Positions 23,227 to 33,644 of a stretch of DNA of 46,770 nucleotides are shown here, in pieces. The notes below the pieces were generated by a model. That model saw only the letters and a program-made list of their open reading frames with translations. It searched no databases and had not been told where the DNA came from. Location of the stretch: IMG/VR virus record IMGVR_UViG_2974624538_000001, positions 1-46,770 of that record; one strand, 5' to 3'. Every line of letters begins with the position of its first letter. The stretch's first letter is position 1. The stretch comes from a virus. Lineage: Duplodnaviria > Heunggongvirae > Uroviricota > Caudoviricetes. The position numbers and the translations under genes are program-made.

Positions 23227-26200
23227 ATAGAAAATATCCAGATTCGCTTTAGTGGTTCCGCGAACTTTAGAGAAGTTTACGGAGAAGTAACCCGTCTGAA
23301 CCAGCAGTTGCAGATTATGCAGCGTAGCATGGCAGCGGGCGCTTTGTCTATGGCGGATGTCAATACTGCAAGGGCCGGTTTTTCACGTGCTGTCAATGAC
23401 ACAGGACAGCTAGCAACTCAGGCGGTACGCGCTCGCACAGAAATGTCAATGCTTACTGAGGCAATTACTAAGCAGGACCTCAGTTTCAGACAGTCTATGC
23501 GAGTGCGTTCGCAATTCAATAACATTCTGAGAGAACAGTATCAGCTCCAGAGAGCTACCGCTGTTCAGTGGACTCAGACGACTTCAGGCCGCATGACGGC
23601 TGACCTTGTTGTTCCTCGCACAGCTACAGCCGCAATGAATGCCTACACAGGTTCCATTGCGGCTAATTCGCGTGCTTTGATTACCAATATTGGTAATATG
23701 GCAGAATGGGCAGCAGCCGCGCGGGTTATGCAGATGCGAGTGGGACTTGCGTCAGCAGCAATGGTGGCTTCATCAGAGGCAATGATTAAGTGGGGTAAGA
23801 ACACCCAGTGGGCTGGTCGTCAGCTTATGGTTGGTTTCACTGTTCCACTTATGGCTTTTGGTGCGGTTGCTGGAAAGGCTGCCTATGACGTAGATTCTGC
23901 TATGACTCGTATCCAGAAGGTTTACGATACAACTGCTACTTCAGTGGCAGGAAAGCAGCGTGAGCTTGATATGCTTCGCTCTGAGTCTATGAGTATGGCA
24001 ACTCAGGTTGCTAAGAAGTATGGCCAGGCAGTCAAGGATACACTAGACATTGAAGCTCAGCTAGCAGCTACTGGATTGCGTGGTCAGGAGCTACAGCAGT
24101 CTACTGTAGCCGTTACTCGTGCCGCAACCCTCGGTGAGCTTGACCGACAGGAAGCCATTAAGGCAACTATTTCTCTTCAGTCAGTTTACAATGAAGAGTG
24201 GCAGAAGACGGGCGGTATTGCAAAGAATACAGCCGAAGCTTTTGATTACATGAACGCAATGGAAAATGCTACCAGTCTTTCCATGCAGGACTTTGTAGAC
24301 GCAATTCCAAGAGGTGCTGGAGTTCTTAAGGGACTCGGTGTTGGACTCAAGGAAATGGGTCCCCTTCTTGTTGCCCTAAAGCAGCAGGGTATTTCTGCGG
24401 CTGAAGGCATGAATGGTCTGCGTTCATCCGCACAGAGACTTCTTCTCATTACTCCACAGGCAGAAGATATGTGGAGTAAGTACCTTCCGGATAAGGGTAA
24501 GCTACAGAGCCTTGTTGATTCAACCGAGGGTCAGTTTATTCCTACTCTTCAGAAGATGGCGGATGCAATGGAAGGTCTCAAGCCTTACCAGCGTCAGCAG
24601 ATTCTAACTAAGGTATTCAATGTTTACCAGAACAACAAGATGCTAGCTGTTCTCGATGGTCTTACAAATAAGACTGGTCAGGTTGCAACTGCATTTGAGG
24701 TTATGGGTAAGGATGCTAGCGACAATGCTATGACAGCTCAGAACGAGCTTGACAAGATGGCTGAGTCTGCATCTGGTAAGTTCAAGAGAGCGCTTGAAGG
24801 TCTAAAGGCTCAGATGGCTGAGCTGGGAGAGCCTTTCCTTGAGGCTGCTTCGGAAATCATCGGATTCATTTCTAAGCTTGTTGATTTCTTCAATGCAATG
24901 CCAGGACCGCTAAAGAAGTTCTTCTCATACATGGTTCTGTTCGGAGCAATTGTTGGTCCTATCATTATGCTCGTCGGTCTGTTCGCCAACTTGATTGGTA
25001 ACATCTTCAAGCTTGCCGGAAGCGTTGGAATTCTTCTTTCAAGATTCCGCCCGTTGACTATGGAGCAGCGTGCACAGCAGTTGCTAGCCAATCAGTCATC
25101 AATGGCTTGGAATAATCAGGCTCGTGCAGCACAGGCACTTTCTGTTCAGCTAGGCATTTTGCAGACCCAGCTTGAGCGCACAGCAATTGCTCAGACCAAC
25201 CTTGCCACTGGTCGTGGAGTAACGGGATTCGGTCCTACAACTCCATCAACAAATGTAATTGGTGGAATTGGTCCAACGGCACCACCAACAACTCAGCGAT
25301 ACCGACAGACCTCTAATGGTCGTTATCAGGATGTAACGACTGGAAGATTTGTTTCTGCTGCTGAGGCAAATGCTTATGCTCAGGCTCAGGCTGCGGCTGC
25401 TAGGTCATCTGCACAGACAGCAGCTAACACAACGGTTACTCAGAGAAACTGGGGTAAGATTGCTACTTCAGTTGGTGTGGCTGGAGCTGGTGTTGCTCTA
25501 TTCGCGGCGGCTGCCGATGATTCCGGAAAGATTATGAATTACCTTAGCATGGCATTGCTATCAGCTTCATTGCTTGGTCCAATGCTTGTTAAGGCATTCC
25601 GTAATGCCGGAATCGCCGCTGCTGCTTCTAATGTTGCCACAATGTTTGGTACTGGTAGAAGAGCTGGTTCAATTGCTGGTCGTGGAGGAGTCGGAAGATT
25701 GGCTTCTGGACTCAGTGCCGCTCTTCCAGCAGCCGGAAGACTAGGAATGCTCATTGCTAGATTTGCTGGACCAGCCGGTCTTTTGGCAACGGGAGCCTAT
25801 CTAGCATTTAAGCTTTATGGAAACATGAAGAAGGGTATTGAAACTCAGAAGAGAATCAATGAGTCTGCAAAGGATTGGGCGGACGTTCTTGGATTCGTTT
25901 ACCACGAGGCCGGAAATGTTACCACTCAGGAAGGCAAGACTGTTTCCACCCTTGATGCACAGGTAACTAAGCTAAAGGAAAAGAACAAGCAGCTTGTGAA
26001 GAGTCTCCAGCTTGCTAAGGCCGCTGGAGATGAAGAGAAGGCTGTAAATCTTGCCATTGCTGAGGGTCTTAAGGTCCGTAATCATGGCGGTTCTGGCGCT
26101 GATGCTCTAAACGCAGCTAAGGTTTCTCTTCGTGCTGCGGGATATACAAGTCAGCAGATTGAGCCAATGATGGTTGAAATTAAGGCCAAGGTAAACTTTG

Positions 26201-29200
26201 AAGATGCAAAGAGCACTCTGAATGCTCAGATGGAAGACTTCAGAGACACATTCAACAAGGTTGCTAACAACAAGTTTGGTCAGGGAGCTTGGGAAGGTCT
26301 AGGCCGTGCTTTCTCTGGACGTGGAGACATTAACCAGAATGCCGCTGAACGTGGTAGAGGAATGGCTAATGAATTCTGGACGGGATTCCAGGCACAGACT
26401 GACCTTTCTTCTCGTAAGAATTACTTTGATAAGTTCTTTGCTCAAATTCAGAAGGAGCAGAAGGTAGCTTGGGGACGACTAGGAAATGATAATCGTGCCG
26501 ACCTTGAAAAGGTTGGTATTGATTCATGGACTACGTTTGCCCAGGCTTACAAGGATGCTCAGGATATGACCCCTCTTGAGTTCCGTAATCGATGGGCTGA
26601 TGGAGATATTGAGCAGGCAGAAAAGGTAAAGAAGGCTCTTAACGGCCTTGGAGGCGAGACGAGGCGTTATGCTGAAAAGCACATGGATGCGGAAAAGCTA
26701 ATTGCTCGTGAAATTGCTAAGAAGAATAACATGTCCGAAGAAGAAATCAAGACAATTAATACAATTGATGACCTCTACGGAAAGCTTGACATGTCATTTT
26801 ACACTGTGACTGAGGCTCAGAAGGCTTACACTCAGGCAATGGCTACTTACAATCGTGAAGGAACCAAGCTTTCTGAGAAGGAGAAGCTACGTATCCTCAA
26901 CATTTACCGAAATAATGCGGGATTGTCAAAGGCAAAGACTGTTGAACAGGGCTTTGGTGATGTTATCGATGAGACAACTGGAAAGCTAAAGGATAATGCT
27001 GATGCTCTTCAGGAGTCTGCCGTTTCTGTTGATGACTGGAATAACGCTCGTCAGAGCGCTTTCTCCGGTGCCCAGGATTACATGTTGCAGGAAGCAGATA
27101 ATGCATGGCAGGAGCGTGCTGATGCCGAAATCAATGCGATTGAGGAAAACGGTCAGCGTCGTGAGGATGCTTTGGATGCCGCAGCAGAGCGACAGGAAAA
27201 GCGTTTCGATAATCGACAGGAGTCTGCCGATAAGAGATTTGATAAGCGCGCAAAGTCTCTTGATAAGCGCTGGGATACCATCATGGAGAATTTCGACAAT
27301 CGATGGGAAAACCGCCTAAAGAAGGAAGAAGCCGCTTACAACAAGAAGATTGACAATATTAAGAAGGCTATTGAGGCTGAGGAGAAGGCTGAAGAAAAGC
27401 GCCAGAAGATTTTCGAGGCAGAAAAGACACGTCTCGAAAGAATGGCACAGATGGCCAATTCTCAGATTGACTTCAATGTTGCTGTCAATACCGGTAATCT
27501 AGATGAGGCTGCTAAGATTGCAAACAACATGCAGTCTACAGAAGCCGGATGGTCCCTTGACGATGCTGCTGCTTCAAGTCAGACAGCTTCAGACGCTCGT
27601 AAGGAAAAGATGGAGGGTCAGATTGATTCTCTTGAAAAGGCTCGTGACAAGCGTCTTGAAGACCTAAAGAAGATTGAAGAGGCAGAAAAGAAGGCTCTAG
27701 AAGCAAAGCGTGAGCGTGAGCAGGAAGCTCTAGCTGCTGAGCGTGAGCGTTACCAGAAGGCTCTAGAAGCTGAGCGAGAGCGCTACCGTAAGGGTATTGA
27801 GGCTCAGAAGAAGGCTATTCAGGAGCAGACCCGTCGAGACACAGAGGCTAAGCGTAAGGAGCTTGAGAGGGCAAAGAAGACTCTTGAGCTAGAATTGCTT
27901 GCCGTTCGTGCTTCTATTCCTCGTAACAAGAAGGAATATCAGAAGCAGATTGCCACAATTGAAGAGCTTTACAAGAAGTACGGAGTAAACCTCAAGACTC
28001 AGGGTAACAAGTGGGCAAACACTGTCGGAGATGCCCTTACTAAGCATGTAAAGGCAGCATCGGCAGACATTCAGAACAAGATTGCTTGGGGTTCTGTAGC
28101 CAACAAGGTAACTCAGAGCATGGTTGATGGTGGATTTAACCTTTCAACATCACAGTTCATGAAGTGGGTTACCACTGGTGAGCTTCCTAAGAATTACAAG
28201 GCTCCAGGAAAGCCAAAGACTCGTCACACTGGTGGTCCTGTAAATGGTTCATCAAAGTACGATAACCGTGGTGGACGCCATTGGGGTGCAGGAATGCGTC
28301 GAGATGAGTCTATGATGCTTCTAAAGAATGATGAATATGTTCTTAATGGAAAGGCTCATAAGGCTCTTGGAACAAAGAACTTGGATAAGCTAAACCAGAG
28401 CGGTGGAAGATATGGTATTGGTGGTGCCTCTGATGGTCTAGGTATGCTTGGCGTTTTTGCGGCGGGTATGGAAGGAATGTATGAGGCTGCTGCCGAAATG
28501 GCAATTCAGGCTGCTGGTAATAACGCTATGGGATTCGGAATTGACGGAATGGGTATTCCAGGTCAGGCCGGAATGTATGGCGGAATTAAGCTAAATTCCG
28601 AGCAGATGAAGAATGCCGCTACCATTATCGGTGTTGGTAAGGGAATGGGAGCAACCCAGTCTGACCTTATCGTTTCTATTATGACTGCTATGCAGGAGTC
28701 AACACTTAGAAACCTTCGATATGGTGACCGTGACTCTCTTGGTCTATTCCAGCAGCGTCCATCACAGGGTTGGGGTACTCCTGAGCAGATTCTAAACCCT
28801 TCGTATGCAGCACGCAAGTTCTTTGAGGGCTTGCTTGCAATGAAGGGACGACACAAGCTCAGTCTAACTCAGCAGGCACAGGCAGTCCAGCGCTCTGCAT
28901 ATCCAGATGCTTATGCAAAGTGGCAAGCAATGGCTCAGCAGGTTGTTGCTGCTACTGGATTCCAGCCATTTGGCGGGGTTGGTGGTGGAAAGAAGCAGCG
29001 CCCAGTAAATTCGGGAATCTCTCGTTCATACGCTAATCACTCAAACCTTCCACGGGCCACCGACTTTGCATCTCCTGTAGGAACACCTGTTCGTTCTGCA
29101 ATGAACGGTATGGTTACTGTTTCTAAGGACCTTCGTGGACCAGGAGGATACTACTCATATGGTAAGTACATTGCGGTTGAAGGAAACGGAGAGAAGACTC

Positions 29201-29619
29201 TGTATGCTCACCTTTCTGGTCGAAATGTAAGAGCGGGTCAGCAGGTTCGTGCGGGTCAGCTAATTGGTTACTCTGGTAACACAGGTAATTCAAGTGGTCC
29301 TCACCTTCACTTTGAGACATGGCGTGGAGGAAGAACAGTATCTCCGGGTGCTTTTGGTATTCCGGGAATGAAGACTGGTGGATTCACTTTGAATGATGGT
29401 CTGGCGATGCTTCACAAGAATGAAACAGTTCTTACAGCTCCACTTTCAGAGCAGCTTAAGTCTGGAATTCAGAATATTGACCAGGGTGTAAATAATGAGT
29501 ACAATGTAAGTATCACATTTGCTGGCCCTGTCAATTCAGAACTAGACATTGAGCGTGCCGTTACAAAGGCTATTAACAAGCGAGAAAGTAAGCTAGGACG
29601 AAATAGGAGTATCACATGA
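23227..29619 (+). CDS. Tape measure protein with C-terminal SLT-like transglycosylase and M23 peptidase (start uncertain; frame open from 23215)
   Basis: TMP core, long coiled coil, AMQES..GDRDSLGLFQQRPSQGWG, YAHLS and PHLHFE motifs. Confidence 0.93.
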   Translation: MENIQIRFSGSANFREVYGEVTRLNQQLQIMQRSMAAGALSMADVNTARAGFSRAVNDTGQLATQAVRARTEMSMLTEAITKQDLSFRQSMRVRSQFNNILREQYQLQRATAVQWTQTTSGRMTADLVVPRTATAAMNAYTGSIAANSRALITNIGNMAEWAAAARVMQMRVGLASAAMVASSEAMIKWGKNTQWAGRQLMVGFTVPLMAFGAVAGKAAYDVDSAMTRIQKVYDTTATSVAGKQRELDMLRSESMSMATQVAKKYGQAVKDTLDIEAQLAATGLRGQELQQSTVAVTRAATLGELDRQEAIKATISLQSVYNEEWQKTGGIAKNTAEAFDYMNAMENATSLSMQDFVDAIPRGAGVLKGLGVGLKEMGPLLVALKQQGISAAEGMNGLRSSAQRLLLITPQAEDMWSKYLPDKGKLQSLVDSTEGQFIPTLQKMADAMEGLKPYQRQQILTKVFNVYQNNKMLAVLDGLTNKTGQVATAFEVMGKDASDNAMTAQNELDKMAESASGKFKRALEGLKAQMAELGEPFLEAASEIIGFISKLVDFFNAMPGPLKKFFSYMVLFGAIVGPIIMLVGLFANLIGNIFKLAGSVGILLSRFRPLTMEQRAQQLLANQSSMAWNNQARAAQALSVQLGILQTQLERTAIAQTNLATGRGVTGFGPTTPSTNVIGGIGPTAPPTTQRYRQTSNGRYQDVTTGRFVSAAEANAYAQAQAAAARSSAQTAANTTVTQRNWGKIATSVGVAGAGVALFAAAADDSGKIMNYLSMALLSASLLGPMLVKAFRNAGIAAAASNVATMFGTGRRAGSIAGRGGVGRLASGLSAALPAAGRLGMLIARFAGPAGLLATGAYLAFKLYGNMKKGIETQKRINESAKDWADVLGFVYHEAGNVTTQEGKTVSTLDAQVTKLKEKNKQLVKSLQLAKAAGDEEKAVNLAIAEGLKVRNHGGSGADALNAAKVSLRAAGYTSQQIEPMMVEIKAKVNFEDAKSTLNAQMEDFRDTFNKVANNKFGQGAWEGLGRAFSGRGDINQNAAERGRGMANEFWTGFQAQTDLSSRKNYFDKFFAQIQKEQKVAWGRLGNDNRADLEKVGIDSWTTFAQAYKDAQDMTPLEFRNRWADGDIEQAEKVKKALNGLGGETRRYAEKHMDAEKLIAREIAKKNNMSEEEIKTINTIDDLYGKLDMSFYTVTEAQKAYTQAMATYNREGTKLSEKEKLRILNIYRNNAGLSKAKTVEQGFGDVIDETTGKLKDNADALQESAVSVDDWNNARQSAFSGAQDYMLQEADNAWQERADAEINAIEENGQRREDALDAAAERQEKRFDNRQESADKRFDKRAKSLDKRWDTIMENFDNRWENRLKKEEAAYNKKIDNIKKAIEAEEKAEEKRQKIFEAEKTRLERMAQMANSQIDFNVAVNTGNLDEAAKIANNMQSTEAGWSLDDAAASSQTASDARKEKMEGQIDSLEKARDKRLEDLKKIEEAEKKALEAKREREQEALAAERERYQKALEAERERYRKGIEAQKKAIQEQTRRDTEAKRKELERAKKTLELELLAVRASIPRNKKEYQKQIATIEELYKKYGVNLKTQGNKWANTVGDALTKHVKAASADIQNKIAWGSVANKVTQSMVDGGFNLSTSQFMKWVTTGELPKNYKAPGKPKTRHTGGPVNGSSKYDNRGGRHWGAGMRRDESMMLLKNDEYVLNGKAHKALGTKNLDKLNQSGGRYGIGGASDGLGMLGVFAAGMEGMYEAAAEMAIQAAGNNAMGFGIDGMGIPGQAGMYGGIKLNSEQMKNAATIIGVGKGMGATQSDLIVSIMTAMQESTLRNLRYGDRDSLGLFQQRPSQGWGTPEQILNPSYAARKFFEGLLAMKGRHKLSLTQQAQAVQRSAYPDAYAKWQAMAQQVVAATGFQPFGGVGGGKKQRPVNSGISRSYANHSNLPRATDFASPVGTPVRSAMNGMVTVSKDLRGPGGYYSYGKYIAVEGNGEKTLYAHLSGRNVRAGQQVRAGQLIGYSGNTGNSSGPHLHFETWRGGRTVSPGAFGIPGMKTGGFTLNDGLAMLHKNETVLTAPLSEQLKSGIQNIDQGVNNEYNVSITFAGPVNSELDIERAVTKAINKRESKLGRNRSIT

Positions 29620-30017
29620 TTTTGACCCTTCCTCGCCCGCGCCTAATGCGCTGGAATGGAAATGCGGTTACAGACCACAATCGTCAGCCACTAAACATTG
29701 ATGTCGAGAGGCTTGAGAAGAAGCAGAGAATGGCGAATGGTACTTTGCGAAAGTACATTGTTGCCGATAAGCGCAGCTTCTCAACCTCTTGGCAGATGCT
29801 TCCAAAGCTATCAAGTCAGACGGCTGATGGTTTTTGGGGAGCTGACGCAATTGAACAATTTTACAATACAGTCAGTGGTTCATTCAATCTTGAATTGACT
29901 GATGGTGATGGTGAGGTTTATGACTTCACCGTTATGTTTTCAGACTTCTCTAAGACGATTTCTAAGCGCGGAAGCGTAGATTTCTGGGAAGTCTCTGTAA
30001 GTATGGAAGAGGTATAA
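29616..30017 (+). CDS. Distal tail / minor tail protein
   Basis: First gene after the tape measure; beta-rich. Confidence 0.7.
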   Translation: MILTLPRPRLMRWNGNAVTDHNRQPLNIDVERLEKKQRMANGTLRKYIVADKRSFSTSWQMLPKLSSQTADGFWGADAIEQFYNTVSGSFNLELTDGDGEVYDFTVMFSDFSKTISKRGSVDFWEVSVSMEEV

Positions 30018-30018
30018 T

Positions 30019-33000
30019 ATGCAGAGTTCAACATCATTTCTTCAGAACGCCTTGAAGCAGGGTGAAGACCTCCGTCCATCAGTCAGAGTAATTGCTGAGT
30101 GGAACCATAATAGGTACACGACAGTTACGACGGTAGACAATTACCAGTACCCGGAAAAGGACAATGGATACGACCTAGACATGTATCCAATTGAAACCAT
30201 CATTGACCCTGTTCGTCCAACGGCAGGGTTGCTTAAGGCCCGTGCTGGTGAGGGAGCTGTCGTTCAGGGATATGCCGATACAGTTCGTGGATATAGAACG
30301 TATACAGCAGACCCCGATGCAAAGTACAAGTATTGGACGGGTCCAGCTCAGGCTAACACAACGCCTTATTCGGGTGGCGGTTACACATTGCCCGAGCCGG
30401 TTCGTCCACACATTGTGTATGCTAGCCCTGTAGTCACAAACAAGATTTACATTTGTGTTGAGAATTCTTGGGCACGGCCACAGAAGTACGATATTCAGAT
30501 TACAACAAATGGAACCACATGGACTACCGTAGCTTCTGATATCGTCACCAATGATAAGGGTCAGGTGGTCCTCTATTTGCAGGATAACAACACATGGACA
30601 ACCACAAAGAATCTCAAGAACGGAATGTCTATTCGAGGAATTAAGCTAGATGTAAAATCCATGAACAGAAATAATTCATGGTTCAATCTCATCGAGCTTG
30701 GTGCCCGACTTGAGAAGGATTTGTCTGACCGAGTTATTGATTTCTCTGTAAACAATGAAATGGGAGATATTGATTTCATTACCCCAATTGGAAATGTAAG
30801 TTCCAATACTGCTAATGTCAGTCTTTCAAACATTGATGGAATTTTTAATTATGACAATTCATCATCCCCATACAAGGGACTAATTGATGCCAACACAAAG
30901 TTTACAATTGATTTCGGTATCGACGTGTCTAATTGGGGAGGGACTGGAATTGAGTACATTAGAGTTGCCACTATGTATGCCGAGGTTTGGGGCGGCGGAG
31001 AAGAGCAGATTGAAGTTTCTCTAAAGGATGCTTCAAAGTTTCTTCAGGAAGTAAAGCCTCTGCCAGAGCTAATGCAGGATGTAACCATTGGAATGGCAAT
31101 CTGGAGAATGCTAGATTCTGTCGGCTTCATTGATTACGAATACACCCGCTCAGCAGAAATTGCTTCAAATAAGATTCCGTTCTTTTGGACGGATGATGAA
31201 AAGACTGTTTGGGACAACATTCAGGACCTCTGTAAGGTAACTCAGTCAGCGGTCTACTTTGACGAGCATGGAATTTTGCAAATCAAGACCAGAGATTCAG
31301 CATTCAATAAGAGCGCCCCGGTATCTTGGACATTTGACTACGCCCAGAATGGAACTAAGCTTCCAGACATTGTAGACCTTGATGTTGGAAGTAGCTATGA
31401 GGCAAATAAGGTCACTGTTAAGTACCAGACAACAACTCTAGCACAGGATTCCCAGGGCCGTCCAATTTCAGAAGTCATTTGGCAGCCTGACGACACCATT
31501 ACCTTGCGTAGTTCTGCTCTTACAACTGCCATGACAAAGACGGACACCCGGTTCTGGATTGATAAGAAGGATGTCACATCTTGGCCTTACGAGGGCATGA
31601 TGAACATTCGTGGTGAGCTTATCCGATACAAGGGTAAGGGATACCGATATTATCCGAAGGGCGGTTCTTACACCGGAAACGTTGAAAACGATACGGTATT
31701 CAAGGTAATTTACAGCAGCGATGAGAAGTTGCAAATCGACAATGAGTTGTCAAGCGAATTTCACGGCTGGAGAAATTACTTTACTGGATACATCCGTGTT
31801 GAGGAGCGAGGTTACGACAAGACAGCGCCGACAGACCACCCTCTAGTCCAGAATGTTTGGCTAACCAATGGTTCTTATTTCGGTTTGACTGGTGGAACGC
31901 AAAAGCTATGGAATGGTGGAACTAAGTTCATGCCAACAGACTCAAAGCTGCGTCTTCAGTCTACTGGAAAGAAGGCTGGAGGAAATCATTGGTACACCGC
32001 GCGTCGTGGTGCTTGGACTGGTGAATCTCCAAAGTTCATTGGAACAAGAATGATGTTCCCTTCAAATCCGAAGGGAAAGCACACCGCAGCCGGTATTTGG
32101 GTCTGGGGAAATACAGCTCAGAACAATATGTACGGAATTGACATCAAGTGTACAAAGAATATCGACCGAAAGACTCACAATGAAGTAAGGGTAATTAAGC
32201 GTGTCGGTGGAAAGGTGTACAACATTGGTGGTAAGGGAGCGACCGTAGCAATTGATTACAACAAGTGGTATGACATTGACGTGGTTGTTACCAGTACAGC
32301 CAGATTCACAGTTTACATCAACGGAGTAAAGGTCTTGAATGTAATGGATGGCGCTGATGGTAATGGTGACGATTTGCCTATCTCAGGACGTGCCGGACTT
32401 TATGTTCGAGGAGACTGTGTTGCTGATTTTGAATACTTCTACATGATGGCTGATGGTGGAATTCAGGAAACCGACCTGGATAATTCATCTTATCTAGACC
32501 TGATTCGCGGCGGGTATTACTCAAATCAGTATTACCGAGACTTCGTAACAAGAACGAGAGTGGTACAGAAGCGTAGAGGAAAGAAGACAGTAAAGCAAGA
32601 AGTATGGTATGACCAGCGGTACTTTGATGAATTTGGTCAGCAAGTTCACGAGTACAGGCCATACGATATCACCTTTGATAAGAAGCCTGTGTTGTATTCC
32701 AGCCTGTACGTGAGTAACGATTCTCAGGTAGTGATTGATGAATATGTTCATAATCCATTTGGCGCACATTTCATTATCGCAAATGCTTCTAGAATCAACT
32801 CCGTAGTAAACGGAGAAGACACTTTGACCTACGGTGCTGATAATCCAGTAGACCAGAAGATTATGATTACTGGTCGAACAATTCAGCAGGCAGAGGCAAA
32901 GGACTACGAGGTAAAGAATGAGCAGGCTATTAGAGCTAGGGGAGAAATCTCTCTTGAGTTTTCTTCGGACTGGATTCAGTCTGAGTCTGCTGCTAAGGCT

Positions 33001-33219
33001 CTTGGTGATTGGATTGTCGCAAACTGGTCTCAGCCATGTGATGAAGTCGAAATGGAAGTGTTTGGTAATCCGCTCATTCAGATTGGCGATGTGGTTGCAG
33101 TTAATTATCCACCAAAGAATATGACTGCTTCAACGCACAAGTATTTCGTTATCGGCGTTGACCAGTCATGGGATAATGGTTTGACAACCAATCTGTCTCT
33201 GCGAAGAGCCAGAATTTGA
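30019..33219 (+). CDS. Baseplate hub / minor tail protein, 1066 aa
   Basis: Synteny; C-terminal GNPLIQIGDVV hub-like motif. Confidence 0.78.
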   Translation: MQSSTSFLQNALKQGEDLRPSVRVIAEWNHNRYTTVTTVDNYQYPEKDNGYDLDMYPIETIIDPVRPTAGLLKARAGEGAVVQGYADTVRGYRTYTADPDAKYKYWTGPAQANTTPYSGGGYTLPEPVRPHIVYASPVVTNKIYICVENSWARPQKYDIQITTNGTTWTTVASDIVTNDKGQVVLYLQDNNTWTTTKNLKNGMSIRGIKLDVKSMNRNNSWFNLIELGARLEKDLSDRVIDFSVNNEMGDIDFITPIGNVSSNTANVSLSNIDGIFNYDNSSSPYKGLIDANTKFTIDFGIDVSNWGGTGIEYIRVATMYAEVWGGGEEQIEVSLKDASKFLQEVKPLPELMQDVTIGMAIWRMLDSVGFIDYEYTRSAEIASNKIPFFWTDDEKTVWDNIQDLCKVTQSAVYFDEHGILQIKTRDSAFNKSAPVSWTFDYAQNGTKLPDIVDLDVGSSYEANKVTVKYQTTTLAQDSQGRPISEVIWQPDDTITLRSSALTTAMTKTDTRFWIDKKDVTSWPYEGMMNIRGELIRYKGKGYRYYPKGGSYTGNVENDTVFKVIYSSDEKLQIDNELSSEFHGWRNYFTGYIRVEERGYDKTAPTDHPLVQNVWLTNGSYFGLTGGTQKLWNGGTKFMPTDSKLRLQSTGKKAGGNHWYTARRGAWTGESPKFIGTRMMFPSNPKGKHTAAGIWVWGNTAQNNMYGIDIKCTKNIDRKTHNEVRVIKRVGGKVYNIGGKGATVAIDYNKWYDIDVVVTSTARFTVYINGVKVLNVMDGADGNGDDLPISGRAGLYVRGDCVADFEYFYMMADGGIQETDLDNSSYLDLIRGGYYSNQYYRDFVTRTRVVQKRRGKKTVKQEVWYDQRYFDEFGQQVHEYRPYDITFDKKPVLYSSLYVSNDSQVVIDEYVHNPFGAHFIIANASRINSVVNGEDTLTYGADNPVDQKIMITGRTIQQAEAKDYEVKNEQAIRARGEISLEFSSDWIQSESAAKALGDWIVANWSQPCDEVEMEVFGNPLIQIGDVVAVNYPPKNMTASTHKYFVIGVDQSWDNGLTTNLSLRRARI

Positions 33220-33263
33220 TTGGATATTTGACTTTCACTTGACCGAAAGATATAATTATCAAT

Positions 33264-33644
33264 ATGGACCAAATCAAAAGCACTAATGTCATTAAGGCAC
33301 CCGAAGTGGTGCTCAATCCGGCCTTCTTTCTACCGCCGGATGTTATTGACGTGCGCGTAGGTAATACCTCAGAGCCGGTAGAAGAAGATGGCATTACATA
33401 TGATGATGTCATTGATGCTGACGATGTTATTACCGACGAAGATTTGGCTACGGACCCAGGACCCGAAGTTCCTGTTGATGACGATGGGGAGGGAGCAGAA
33501 GTGCTCCCTACTCCGCAGTGGATGAACATTATCGACCAGCAGGTTAGAATTGCCCCAGATGGTAAGGCTGTCGTTGATGTTGTTATTGAGCTTGAAGATG
33601 TTTCAGGCGCAACCGAATACGACGTTAGGATTACCAAGTCATGA
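33264..33644 (+). CDS. Acidic tail-associated protein
   Basis: Leaderless promoter TTGACT-N17-TATAAT at 33228-33256. Confidence 0.7.
   Translation: MDQIKSTNVIKAPEVVLNPAFFLPPDVIDVRVGNTSEPVEEDGITYDDVIDADDVITDEDLATDPGPEVPVDDDGEGAEVLPTPQWMNIIDQQVRIAPDGKAVVDVVIELEDVSGATEYDVRITKS

Noticed and set aside
27600-27900. GAAGCTCTAG/GAGCGTGAG repeats in the tape measure
   Set aside because: Coding repeats of an E/R/K/A coiled coil, not a DNA element
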